Of a stretch of DNA of 64,000 nt, positions 11,900-24,109 are shown piece after piece. The stretch is from Prorocentrum cordatum. Its lineage: Eukaryota. The stretch lies in the NCBI GenBank assembly GCA_963575745.1, contig CAUYUJ010000182.1, positions 1 to 64,000 of the forward strand, read 5' to 3'. Position 1 is the stretch's first letter. Each line of letters begins with the position of its first letter. A program made the position numbers and the translations under genes. Under the pieces are notes generated by a model that saw nothing but the letters and a program-made list of their open reading frames with translations, ran no database searches and was not told the DNA's origin.

Positions 11900-14800
11900 G
11901 TATCGCCCTCCGCCCCCCCCCCCATGTGCACGTATCAAGTTACACCTACATATACGCATACATGCAATATGTTTACATATCTATGTCTAGCTATATTCAT
12001 ATTATCAATATCTCTATCTCTCTCTGTTTCCGATCGGGCTGTGGCTCCCAAATATCTTTGCAAGCGCGCATGTACTTCTACCTGTGCATATACATCACAT
12101 TGCACATGCGTGCAACCACCACACACAAACAATATGTACGATGTGTGTGAACACATGTGCCGTAGATGTCGGTACATGTGTATATCTGTATACTTATATA
12201 CATACACAATGCCCGACACCCCCTACCCTCTTCGCGCACGCGTGGCAGCAATAGCCCCGCTGCAACTGGCAGTGCATTACCAACAGCTACTAACAACGCA
12301 TCGCGCTGGCCCCTCCTCTCCATGCACCCCAGACACTGCCAGCTGCAGTGGGGCTCGTTACACTACCTCGGGTACTGCCAGACACTACCAGTTGCCATAC
12401 CTCTCGCTAAGCATTCTGAAACAACTAAACAAGTCAATCCTCTGCGGATGTCCTCGACCATCTTGGCGGACCCCAGGCCAGACGACAGGTTGTGGAACTC
12501 GTCGTTGTCAATTGCCTTCCGGCCGCGCGCGGTGCCGACCTTGTCACGCCTGAACGACTTCTCGTGCTCGTCCTCCACGTCGAGGTACTGCCTCCTCTTG
12601 GGATGGGCTGGGTCGCGCCTGACCTGGGCTGTAGGCCAGCCAGAATTACCCCCCCTGGAAGGAGGAGGGGGGCTGACAAAAAAGGATGAGGAGGAGAAAG
12701 GTGTCCATCCTCATCCTTCTTGTCTCTCCTCCTCCTCCTCGTCGTCCTCCTCCTCCTCCTCCTCCGCACCCCCCCATCGTCGCTGGTCCCTCCTGGGGCC
12801 TGGGCTGTAGGTCAGCGAGGACTCCAACCCGTCCAAATGGAAGGAGGGTGGGGTTGACGGAAAGGATTTGGAGGAGGAAGATGGTCCATCCTCCTCCGAC
12901 TCGTCTCTCCTCCTTTTCCTCCCCCTCCTCCTCCTTCTCCTCCTTTGCCCCCCCCCCCTTCGTCGCGGATTCCTCTCGGGATGGCCTGGGTCGCACTTAG
13001 CCCGCGCTACTGGCCAACGGGAAATGGCACCCCCTCTCGATGGAAGGAGGGGGTGCATTAGAACGATGTTGGGTGGAAGGTGGTCCATCCTCCTCCGTCT
13101 TGCCCCCCCCATCCGCCCCCCCCCCCTCGTTTTGCAACTTCTTGTTAGTTGGCATCCAGTGCGACCTTGATGGATCCAGCCTCCAGCCGCTCCTCCGCCT
13201 CCTCCTCGCCGTATTTGTCCAGCATCTGCTTCCACGGCTTCCAGACCGACTTGCGCTTGATGCCCTCGCTGGTCGTGGTGCTGACCGAGAGCTCCCAGAA
13301 CGTCTCCTGCATCGATGGGTCCTGCAGAACTGCGATGTTTAAACTGAGCGCTTCGGAGATCACGCGCGGGTCTAGATCTGCCAGGGCCCTCGTGCCCATT
13401 CATTTGGGGGCGGGGCGAGAGAAGGATGAGGACGTGATGGGACACCCAGGGGGCAACCGCTAGAGCTGTCAAGCTGATACGGTTCCGAGGGGTTTAGCAG
13501 TCAGGATCGCGTTCCCCCGCGGACCAGGAAGAGGAGGGGGGCGCGCAGGGGAAGGAGACAGTTGCACGTCAAGGGGATGTTCAACTGCGACGCTACGTGC
13601 GAGTGTGCACGGATGCCCTTGGACATGGAAGGCGATTGCACTTGGCTTGGTAGGCGAGCATGCCGTGGCACGATATTGGCCGACGTAGAGTAAGCGAGGT
13701 TGGGTAAGTAGATGCAAGTGGTCAGTCGTGGTGGCGGGTGGTTTAGGGATGCGCTTGAGGCAGACATCGATATAATAGGTTCGATGAGTTGGTTCGGTGG
13801 GGCAGCTGGACGGGTGTGTGAGGTGTCACAGATAGATGGTTGGATGGGAAGATGTTGATATGGGTGGGGCAGGGAGGAACCTACAAACAAACACCGGATG
13901 CGTCCTTGAGCCATGCCATCACGTACCCGAGCTTCGCCTTGTTCTTCCCCTCCCGCACGCCCAACTTGTCGGCCTCCTCGAAGGCCGTGGAGACACGATC
14001 GTTGTCTTTGCGGGCCGTCCTGAATTGGTTGTGCAGGAGCTTCACTTCCTCGGCTGTAAAGATTGCGCGCAGCTGGTTCGGATCGGCCCCGTCGCCATAT
14101 TGCCTGACAAGACGCTTTGATGGTGCACCGTCGCGAGCGCACGCGAGCGCGCGCTTGCGGTCGGGCCAACACGGGCGGCGACAAGGACGATGGGGATACG
14201 TTAGATGTCGTTTAATCGGCATTTGTGTTGGACATCTTCTTCGCCACCCTGCTGATGCCCCACGGTATCACCAGGGAGGCGAAGACGATCGCAGACATCG
14301 CAGTCATCGCATCCTCGTTCGCGTCGGCCTGCTAAGTATCCACGTCGTTACATGCGCCCCTGATAGCATCCCCACGTGTGGCCCGATCACAAGCGCGCGC
14401 TCGCTCTCGCGACGGTGCGAACATTCAAAACGCAAGCCTGAAGAGCTCCTTCCTCTGGTTGAACGACTTGCCCTCCGCCTTGCGGACCAGCTCGGCGGTG
14501 GACTTCTTGCTCGATGGGTGCTTGTTTCACGTTATCTGGCATGTAAGCGCACGACGGGATGACCGCGATGAGGCGACGACGAGGCGGGAGAGTTGGACAG
14601 GGCACAGGGCGGGTGGGCCAACGAGTTACCATAAATAATCATTGCATGGGGTGGCGCACGACTTAGCGCGCAGGGCATCGGGGCCGCCGATGCCCGTTCG
14701 GGCCCCCAGTCCAGCAAATTAGATTCGTCGAGGAAGGGGGAGGGGGGGGGCGACCTGCACTATTGGACGGAGAGGTTTCGGGGCATCGCATGGACAGGCT

Positions 14801-16314
14801 GTTATTGCGACGAGGCTTGGGTGGCCCAACTCATCTACATCGAGCGAAACTCTGGAACCATAACATTGTTCAAAACCGCGTGCACCCTCCGCTCTCTATT
14901 CAATGTGCTTCTACGAGCCGCTTCAATAATATCCAGACGTCCCCTTGTCACCGTGCACGGCCAAGGTGAGCTCGCCCTTGCCCTTGTCTTGCCCTTCTGC
15001 TTCGACTGCGCGACGCCCCGCTTCTTCGGCTGCGCCTGCGTCTTGGCGGTCTTCTTCAAGTTGGCCTGGCAAGGAGGATGCACGCTTTGCAAATACACGT
15101 GCGCGGCAGCCGCTGCGAGCAGCCCCTTTTCAAGTTGCGCATTGACGCGGCGCCCAAACCGCTGCGCCAGTTTGCAAAATTAAAGGGGCAGCTCGCAACG
15201 CCTGCCGCGCAATCCAGCTGGTCATAATTCTTCACGCTTGGCGTATCCCCATCAGCCCATCTCAAAACAGCAACTCTTGCGAAACATGAGGCCTCGTGGT
15301 GCCTCCTGGGGACCTCTGGTGGGCCATCTGGGGAACTCTAGGGGCCATCTGGTGGGCCTCTGGGGGCCATCGTGGGGGGCTTGTATGAGCGCTGCCCGTC
15401 CTCCTGGTGTGACTCGTTCGGGCTCCGCGTGGTGTGAGTCGTTCGAGGCCCGCGTCGTGGTGTGAGTCGTTCGGGCTCCTCATGGTGTGAGTCGTTCGGG
15501 CGGCTCGTCCTGGTGTGAGTCGTTCGGGCCCCTCCTTGTGGTGTGAGTCGTTCGGGCTCTTCGTGGTGTGAGTCGTTCGGGCCCCTCGTCCTGGTGTGAG
15601 TCGTTCGGGCTCCTCGTGGGGCCTCTTGGGGGCCTCTTGGAGCCTCTTGGGGCCTCTTGGGGGCTTCTTGGGGGCCTCTTGGGGGCCTCTTGGGGGCCTC
15701 TTGGGGGCCTCTTGGGGCCTCTTGGGGGCTCTTGGGGGCCTCTTGGGGGCCTCTTGGGGCCTCTTGGGGGCCTCTTGAGGGCCTCTTGGAGGCCTCTTGG
15801 GAGCCTCCTGGGGGCCTCTGGGGGGCCATCTTGGGCCCCTGGCGATCTCTTCAGAAGCGCAAATGGGCGCTGCCCCTTGAGAAGGACAAAATGAGCCCAA
15901 AACCTTCGTAACACCAATGATTTTGCTATGAAGGAAGAGGAGCGCGGCCCCCTTCAGAAGGCCAAAATGGGGCAGAAACCGTAGTAAAATCAATGATTTT
16001 GGCTTCAAAGAAGAGCAGAGGGGCCAAACTCGCCCCCCCCCCGTCGGGGCCAGAATCCTCGTAAGGGTCGTCGTTTTTTTGGCCCTCCCAGGAGTCGAAA
16101 AAGACCCCCCCTGAGAACACTCGGGGCTCCCTGTCCAGGCCCAGAGGGGGGGGGGGGGGGTAGGGGGAGGGGCAAACCCCTCCCCGAAGGGGAAGAAGGG
16201 GGATTGAGGACAGAGAGAGCTCTCTAAACCACTCACGCCCAAAGGGCTGGTGGGACTAAACCCAAAGCGAACCTTGATCACTGGAGCACCCCGTTTCGAG
16301 CCCTTTGGGGGCAT
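9560..16314 (-). CDS. Multi-exon hypothetical protein with basic N-terminus (possibly pseudogenising)
   Basis: Phase-compatible exons: 16314-16273 (MPPKGSKRGAPVIK, AAG|GT), 15065-~14960 (ANLKKTAK..), ~14530-14438 (HPSSKKSTAELVRK..LFR, AG|GC), 14103-13905 (QYGDG..AWLK, AAG|GA), 13321-13166 (DPSMQETFW..WKQMLDKYGEEEAEERLEAGSIK, AAG|GT), 12623-~12453 (VRRDPAHPKRRQYLD..), then pieces at ~11.44-11.64, 10.95-11.1, 10.3-10.4 and 9.56-9.72 kb. One or two in-frame stops lie near exon edges. Confidence 0.6.
10750..10850. repeat. Poly-T tract (intronic)
   Basis: ~100 nt almost pure T. Confidence 0.95.
11785..12210. repeat. (CT)n microsatellite followed by alternating purine/pyrimidine (CA/TA/TG) low complexity
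   Basis: Direct inspection. A similar CA/TA tract lies at ~9255-9460. Confidence 0.85.
15262..16257. mobile_element. ~1-kb intronic insertion with minisatellites and a terminal stem-loop (non-autonomous element, Helitron-like by inference)
   Basis: GTGTGAGTCGTTCGGGC-based repeats (~15405-15610) and a GGCCTCTTGG(G) array (~15617-15835). Ends in the hairpin CCACTCACGCCC-AAA-GGGCTGGTGG (~16229-16254). Confidence 0.5.
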
Positions 16315-16654
16315 GGCGGAATCTGCCAGCGCACCGAGAGTATAATCGAGGATATGCTCGGCGGCCCCGCCTGGAGCAACATCAACTCGAACACACCGCC
16401 ACTGAAATTGGCGAGGCGGTACTTCCCGAGCGTGTTGAGGGAATATGTGGCAGTGTGTTGTGTGCGAGGTTCACGCCACAACGATGCAAATACGTGCACG
16501 TGTGCCGCACTCACCTAACAAGACGATCCTAAGTGTAGGTACTAGGGCATAGCCGAACCACCCAATTCATAACACATGGACACGTATTTAAGCTAGTTCG
16601 TGCAAAACCAATTACCAGGTCTGAACAATAATTTTAGTATTGAAAAATATGCAC

Positions 16655-16780
16655 CAAACGTTTGACAAACGTTTGTCAAACGTTTGTCAAACGTGTCTCG
16701 AACGACAAACGTTTGTCAAACAACGACAAGCGTTTGTCGTTTGTGACAAACGTTTGACAAACGTTTGACAAACGTTTGTC
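16655..16780. repeat. CAAACGTTTG palindrome cluster 3
   Basis: ~9 copies, ~340 bp upstream of the ATG at 16314. Confidence 0.9.
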
Positions 16781-18042
16781 GCCGACATCTCACATGCACA
16801 TGTGATGTGCGACGTGGTGCTGAACTGTTCACAAAACTGATTATTAGGTGCTTGTATTCCAAATATGTGCGACGCATGTGCATATCTATTCATGGACTCA
16901 CAACCTGCATAACCCATTGCGTATGTATCGCCCATGCATGACAATATGCTTACAATTGTCGGTATGAATGGGCGACTCATGCATGCATATTGTTTGATTC
17001 GGCGATTGTTAGTAATATGCCTGCGTTCCTGTAGTTACTTGACGCCCACAGTTTGTGTTGTTGCCCCCATGTCTCACCTGCACCTTAGATTGATTCCTCC
17101 CTCGGTGTGCGACCGCATATGTTATGCATTACTATGCACGGCACGTGGACGCCTAGTTATTCGACCCCACAACGTTGCAATATGGTGCCAGCTGGTATCA
17201 CGGCTGGCACGTTGACATTAGAAGGCGTGGCCCCGCGGGTGCCCAATGGCGACGCGGATGACTGCGAGGAGGAGCAGGGAGGACATGCTCAATAAGGAAG
17301 GATGATGATGAGCACGGGAAAGGAACGCTGATATAATTGCGATGCCCCCGCGTTTTGGAACGAGAGCTCTCTAGGGGTGGGGGGGTGGGAGGGTGTGGCA
17401 TGAACAGGGTGCACGGGCTACCAAACCGATCGACGTTGTCTTGGCTTGTGTGGTCGCCACCTTGCTATCCGTATCTCCTGCAGTCGGGGCGCTGACCTAA
17501 GGAATCCTAACTAAGGAGCGGGGGCCCTTTTCCCATGCGTTAAACTTCGGCGTTCAATCGAAAGATTACTGAACACCTTAAGGAGACTGTGACACACGTA
17601 AGGAACACCAATCGCCCTCCCAACGACATTCGTTCCTTCTTCAGCGCCCCGGCTGCCATTTCTACAAGAAATCTGGAACACATACCTCCTCGACCCTGAG
17701 GCTAGCAGGGTGCACATCGGAGTTCCTGGCTCAGTACGACGATCCTGGGACTTGTTCGACATCGGGCGATGAGTCCGAGCGCATCGTGGTACACGCCACA
17801 TCCATTCTGAGAGCTCTCCTACTCTTCAGGCATAGCATGTTCAGACTCTGAGAGTCGTATACGTACATGCAAAATGTCACCGAACGTGCACAGTACAGAC
17901 AACTCGCAATCGAAGCGCATTGTCTGCCGAGCCTGCAGCGTGCATCCCTGCGCAGCCCCCAATCGCGACACATGTCATGCCACGTCGCTGCAAAGACGCT
18001 GACAGCACAGATATCGTACACTCAAAAGCTGCGACGGATAGA

Positions 18043-18701
18043 TCAATCCCGATCGGCTGCCAGCATCTGAACACGGAGCAGCACAGTGGAAGATTTGCTC
18101 AGCTTCTTCGAGCAAGACTGCTTCATTATTTTCATGAGAAGCTCGGCGTGCTCTGGGGTATGCGACGCGCTGCGCTCTACGAAAAGACGACGCTTCTGCT
18201 CAGCATCGAAAAAAAGAGAGTAACTCTTGTGTGTCCCATAAACAGCAACGATGTCCCCCATGATCGGGTGCTTCCAGCTCCTGACCAGGGGCTCGCTGTC
18301 CACGGCAACATTGTCCTCGATCAACTTCTTGGAGCTGCCCGTCTTGGGCGTCCTCTGGATGGCGACCTTCCCAGTGGGCGTCTTCTGGATGACGGCCGTC
18401 TGCTTGAGCGTCTTCTGGATGACGGCCTTCTCCTTCTTCGTCATCCGGATGGTGGCATTCTCCTTCTGGATGGTGGCCTTCTCCTTCTTGGTGGTGGCCT
18501 TCTCCTTATTCAGCTTCTGTATGACGGCCTCTCAGAGACAGCGGCGGGTTGGGGGCGAGGCGCCGCAGCTGCTCCCTCCTCTTCGTCCTCCTCCTCATCC
18601 TCCGTATCCTCCTCAGTATCATCATCACCATCATCATCATCATCATCACCATCATCATAATCATCGTCAACATCATCATCATCAGCATTATCATCATCCT
18701 T

Positions 18702-18732
<31 letters not shown>

Positions 18733-18900
18733 TCATCAGCAGCATCATCATCATCTTCATAACCACCACCATACTCAGCAGTAGACGGGACGGGTCCTTG
18801 GCGCCGTCCTTGGGCGGCGTGGTGTCTTGATCATGCACGTTCTTCTTCGCGGTGCCCTTGACCGCGGCGGGGGTCTTCATCAGCCACTGGCAGACGTCCT
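18043..18900 (-). CDS. Terminal exons of a Lys-rich hypothetical protein
   Basis: Exon ~18900-18782 (MKTPAAVKGTAKK..), a CAT-filled intron, then exon ~18530-18043 with (A)VIQK/ATIQK repeats and a globular tail (HPIMGDIVAVYGTHKSY..). May be the 3' end of the gene at 19643-21847. Confidence 0.5.
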
Positions 18901-19642
18901 GGCGCGGTGGCGGGAGGGGGCCCCCGTCTGACGGGAGGTTGCCTCATCCTCACTCTCCCCCTGGCTCCTCAGCCCTCTTGCATCCTTGGGTCATTGTCCT
19001 TCGCCTCCCTCCTTTTTTCCTAGTCAGTCCATCATCTTATGTCAACGTCCCTCTTCGTATTCATCCCCCGATTCCTCCGCCCCCCGTCATATGTCCGCCC
19101 TCTCACTCTGCAAGTCAGGCGTACATCGTCAAGCCTCCATTCGACATGGTCCAGGGCCACCGCGATTCGGACAGCCCCAGAAATATGATGCGTACGCACG
19201 TCATCATTCCGAAAGGCAGCTGCCCTGACAACTTAAAACCGAGTACGATTACACATGGTGGTGACAGGGTTGGAGATGATGACGATGCTGATGATGATGA
19301 TGTGGATGCCCATACTGATGATGCGGATGATGATTACCGGGATGACGCTGATGATGTTGTTGGTGATGTTGCTGATGATGATGATGCGAAATTCACAAGC
19401 ACAACATGATGCTTAACTTCCCGTCAACGTGCACTCCGTCCACTGCGAGTGCATTGCGTTGGCTTCCCACGAAGAAGAAAATGAATGAAAATTCCTCCAG
19501 TGCAGTCAGAGCGGGTACTATGTTGATTTGAATCACAATTCGCCCCCCTCCATGTCATAGCGCTGGGGTATCTGGTTAAAAATGATGACGCTGCCCGACC
19601 GCAGTGGGGGAACTTGTTGCACCTGCGTGCACGGGCAGCGCT

Positions 19643-21847
19643 TCAGTCCCTGAAGCGATCAAATTTCAGCCAGAACGCCAAGTTAATCATCTCATGATCG
19701 CTGAGCTCGGGTGTCTCGGCCGTTGCTCCACCCTGCGTCAACATCGATGGTTGCTCGCGCTGCTGCTCTGGCGTCTTCGGGATCGTCGGCTCGTGGTTCT
19801 TCGGCTGGTTCGGCTGCGGCGTGCACGATGGCGCAGCCATGTGTTCTGGGCCCTTCGACTGGTCCTCCAGCGGCTTCGGGGTGTCGGCCGACGGCTCCTC
19901 GAGGTGCTGCGCGAGCTTCGTCTCCTGCTCTGTGTCATTCTGGCCACTACTCTCCTGTCCAGCCTCGGGACTTGGTGGCTCTGGCTGTTCCACGGGGGGC
20001 TGCGTGTCCGAGCCCATGTCGCCACGCGGAGTCTGGCCCTTGACCCAGGCCCCGAGCTCGAGAGGCGGGGGTTCTGGACTGCTGGCGGCCTCGGCTGGCT
20101 GGGTGCCAACTATGAAGCCAAGCTGGCGCGCCATGATCCGCTCGGCGGGCGATGGGCACACCTCCGCCCAGGGCACGTCGGGCCTCGACGCCCAGGAAGA
20201 ACTGCTGCTGCGCGGGGGGCGCGTCGAACTCTCGCGCTTCGCCTGACGCCGAGCGTACTCCATGGCCCATTCGTCTGCCGTGCTGCATGGTGCTGGCGCC
20301 CAGCTCGGCAGAAGATCGGACTGCGCCTCATCGGCTGGCTTCTGGCTGACCTGCTCGGGCGGGCTCGTCTTCTCCCTCAGGCGCCGTCTCTTGGGGGTAG
20401 CCGTCGCGTCCTAGTGTTCGACAAATATAGGCCGAGGGGGGTGTCGAAGATGAGGAGTGCGAGTAGGAGAAGGGGCGGGAGCTTTGAAGGCGAGAAGGGG
20501 AGGGGCTATCACAGGCGGAGGTGCGCCAAGGGCAGGAGGAATAAGAGTCAGAGTGCGAGGGCGAGAAGGAGGATGACGGCACCGATAAAAATGAAGAGGG
20601 AGGGTGGTACAGGCCATCGATTGCGGTGCCGCTCCTCCGAAGAAATGGTCTCGCACGATCCGCTGGCACGCGCAGGGCAACTGCCATCGGTCTCGAAAGA
20701 TCCGCTGTTCTCAACAGGGCGACTGGACGCTGTCATCGGAGACTCCTTCGGGGCCTGGTTGGACGGATCTGCCATGTAGAGGCCGCGAATGATCTCGGCG
20801 CACTTCTGAACGAACTGAATCGGAAACTCTGGCATTTATGCGCCTCTGATCGCGAGCGCAGCTTGGAACTCGTAACTTGATGGTTTTGCCTCGGAGGGCA
20901 ACAGAAATCACAGCGGAAGTTTGCAATGGGGGTGGTGCAGCGGGGGCGCGGGCACCCATGTAGGGTTCGACGGGGGAGGGGGTATTGGGTGTGCTTCCGA
21001 GTAGTTCTGTTCCCCCCAGCGGCTTTCTCCAGACCCCTGAACGCCGCATCATCAGAAATAATGTGAATCTCCCCGAGGGTATCGCCTCCAAAACCACCGA
21101 GGCACGTGAGACTCGTGAGGTTGGCAACCAAGGTCCGCAAGCAATGCACTGGCTTGTGCACCCACAGGATCGACGGCTTCGGGTGCACCCACGCTTGATG
21201 CACCTGAAGCCGAAAATCGGAACATATCCTCAGTGACCCTGATGTCGACGTCCACCTCCGCCTCCTGATCTTCCGTTCCTCATTTCCCCCCCCTTCCTCG
21301 TTGGTTTCGCCCTGGGTGGGCATTGAATTTGGATCTCAGGCACCCCCCGAAGCCAGCAAATGAGCCCGACAATGGTGCACCGCTCGACCTGGAGGTTCGC
21401 GTCGTGTATGAGCTGCTGGCTAATGTCTCCCCCTGGGTTCTCGTTGGTCCTCGACTGCGCGGCTGCGCCCGAGGGGAGCCATGTCGCAGTCAAGGGCGTA
21501 AGGAACACGGTGCCCCCCTGCTGGACACGTAGGCTCAGCTCGAGGAGGTGCGCGAAGCCCTCGTCCCCCAAGACGTCGTGCTGGCGGCCGTAGAGGTCGT
21601 TGTAGGGTATGCTCGGGCCGAACAAGCTGCACTCCTCGGAGATAGACGTGGACCCAATCACCTCCAGGCACACAAGGTCGCGCCGATCGGGCTGGAGCGC
21701 GGCCAGGAACGGTGCGCACGCCTGGAGGATGAAGAGGAGGAGCTTGTCCTTGCTCGCCTTCAGCTGCGCCCAGCGGTCGGCCAAGAACATCTGCTGGGCA
21801 ACGTCGTCCAACCCAGGCTCGTCGCCCTGCTGGCCATGGGCGGACAT
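19643..21847 (-). CDS. Degenerate C5 cytosine DNA methyltransferase-like protein with Pro/Glu-rich tail (multi-exon)
   Basis: Exon 21847-21344 (DLVCLEVIGS; HDVLGDEGF; GGTVFLTPLTATW; SRTNENPGG; DANLQVER..LICWLRG|GT) joins in phase to exon ~21203-21122 (VHQAWVHPKPSILWVH), then ~20830-20640 (EFPIQF) and 20263-19643. Motif order resembles dinoflagellate DNMT-like domains (E.F.G / PC.SW / EQP.SS / YP..F), but key residues are replaced. Confidence 0.5.
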
Positions 21848-21982
21848 GCTGGGGCCTGAAGGGCCCCAGAGGGCGCCGCCTGGCGCCTGGCCAGGGCTCT
21901 GCCTGGCACTAAGAGCCAAAAGTGATCCACGCAAATTCTACATCTTTGGGCGGCAACTCACGGGAGCCTCTCATGCCATGCG

Positions 21983-22120
21983 AATCGACGCCAGTCAGCG
22001 CTAGTCAACGCTAGTCGACGCGAACTCGACGCTAACTCGACGCTACTCGAGGCTAGCCGACACAACGTCGGCGCTATATCATCGACTCCCAGACGCTACT
22101 CGACGCTCGTCGACGCTAAA
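21983..22120. repeat. Short (TCGACGCTA)-like repeat cluster upstream of the DNMT-like gene
   Basis: ~10 imperfect 9-11-bp copies. Confidence 0.65.
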
Positions 22121-22669
22121 GACGGAATACAACCAACACTTTCCGTTGCTTCCTTCATTCACTTTCTATTGTCCTATGCGTTACCATCCGATTTCTGTAG
22201 GTTCTCGCATCCACTCCCATCCGCTCTCCGTTGCCCGTCCTCGCCAGCCACCGCGTATTCCTCCCGCCCTTTGACCCTTCCCTTCCCTCATTTCTGTGTC
22301 TGGAAGCGTAGGGGTTTAGGGGCCGCAATGTATTTCGAGCGGGGTCGGGGTGGGGCTCGTTTGCCCCCCGATGTCCGCTGGGGGGGGGGGGGGGGGCCTG
22401 TTGCGGCTTAGGCCCCATGGGGTAGTTTGGAGGGGCTGGCGTCGGCAGGGTGGATCGGGGCCTGGCGAAATAGGAGGTGGGTTGACAGCGGGCGGCGAGA
22501 CATGATGCTGCTGATGCTGATGGTGATGATGATGCTGATGATGATGATGATGAGGAGGAGGAGGAGGAGGACGAGGAGGAGGACGAGGAGGATTAGGAGG
22601 AGGAGGAGGAGGGCGATGGATGGAGGGGAGGATGGGAGGAGGGCGACGTAGCACCCCCACCCCCCACCC

Positions 22670-23860
22670 CCCGTGGCCGCGACAGTCCTGGAGGTCGTTC
22701 CTCGGCACGCCCAGCTCCTCGAGCTTCGCGTTGTACTCGTCGCTCGAGTCCTCGGGCCGTTTCGGTTGGGGGCGCAATATCCCCCCCCGTCGGTCTCCAG
22801 CATCATCATCGTCGTCACCGAGAAGCAGAGCCATCATTTTCAGCAAAACCACCATCATCATACTCACCATCAACACACTGACCATCCCCATCGTCGTCAT
22901 CATACTCATCATCATTGCCAACATTACCAGCATCATCGTCATCATCGTCATTACCCTTGCAATCATCATCAGCATCACATCAGCATAATCAACATCGTCA
23001 TCAGCATCATCGCCACTATCATCGTCCTCGTCCTCGTCCTCGTCATACTCCTTACCCTTATCCTCATCATTACACCCATCACCAGCGTCAGCAGCATCAC
23101 CACCAGTATGATCATTACCAGCTTTATCATCATCTTCAGCATCATCATCATCATCATCATCAGCATCATCATCATCATCATCATCACCATCAGCATCAGC
23201 AGTACCATCCTCCTCATCATCATCATCCTCATCATCATCATCATCATCATCACCATCACATGCATAATCCTCGTCAGCATCATCAGCATCATAATCATAC
23301 TCAAAAGCATCATCATCATCATCGTCATCACTCTCGTCTCCCCCATCACCCGCAACACCACCATCATCATCAACACCACCTCCACCCCCACCCCCACCAC
23401 CAGCATCATCATTACTACCACCACCCTCCTCCTTCTCCTCCACCTCCTCCTCCTCATCATCATCATCATTATCATCATCATCACCACCACCACCACCGTC
23501 ATCATTATGATCCCTCCTCATCTTTCTGACCCTCCGTGTGTCGTCTGGTCCTCTTCCTGCCCTCCCTGCCCCCGTACGTTCCCTTCCCTACTCCCCCTCT
23601 CTCCATCCAGCCTGAGTCCTCGTCTCTCTTCCTCGTTCCCCCTCACCCGTTGGATAACGACGCAAAGCGGTCCTCGTCGTGGACCTCGTCGCACACGGAG
23701 CCGTCGACCGAGCAGTCGGGGTGCTCCGAGCCGTCTGGGCCCGAGCCGTCGAGATCGGCGTCGACCTCCGTCTGGAGGGCCGCGATCGGCACCTCGAGGT
23801 GAGGATGCGTGGCCATCATCCTCATCCTCATCCGCATCATCATCCTCATCAGCATCATGT

Positions 23861-23891
<31 letters not shown>

Positions 23892-24060
23892 CAGCATCAT
23901 CAGCATCATCATCATCGACATCATCACCATCACCATCATAAACACAATCATACTCACCAGACTCATCATCATCGCAATCATCAACATCATCATCATGTGC
24001 ATGCTCATGGTCATCACCACCACCACCATCATCACCAGCATCAGCATCATCATTATCACC

Positions 24061-24109
<49 letters not shown>

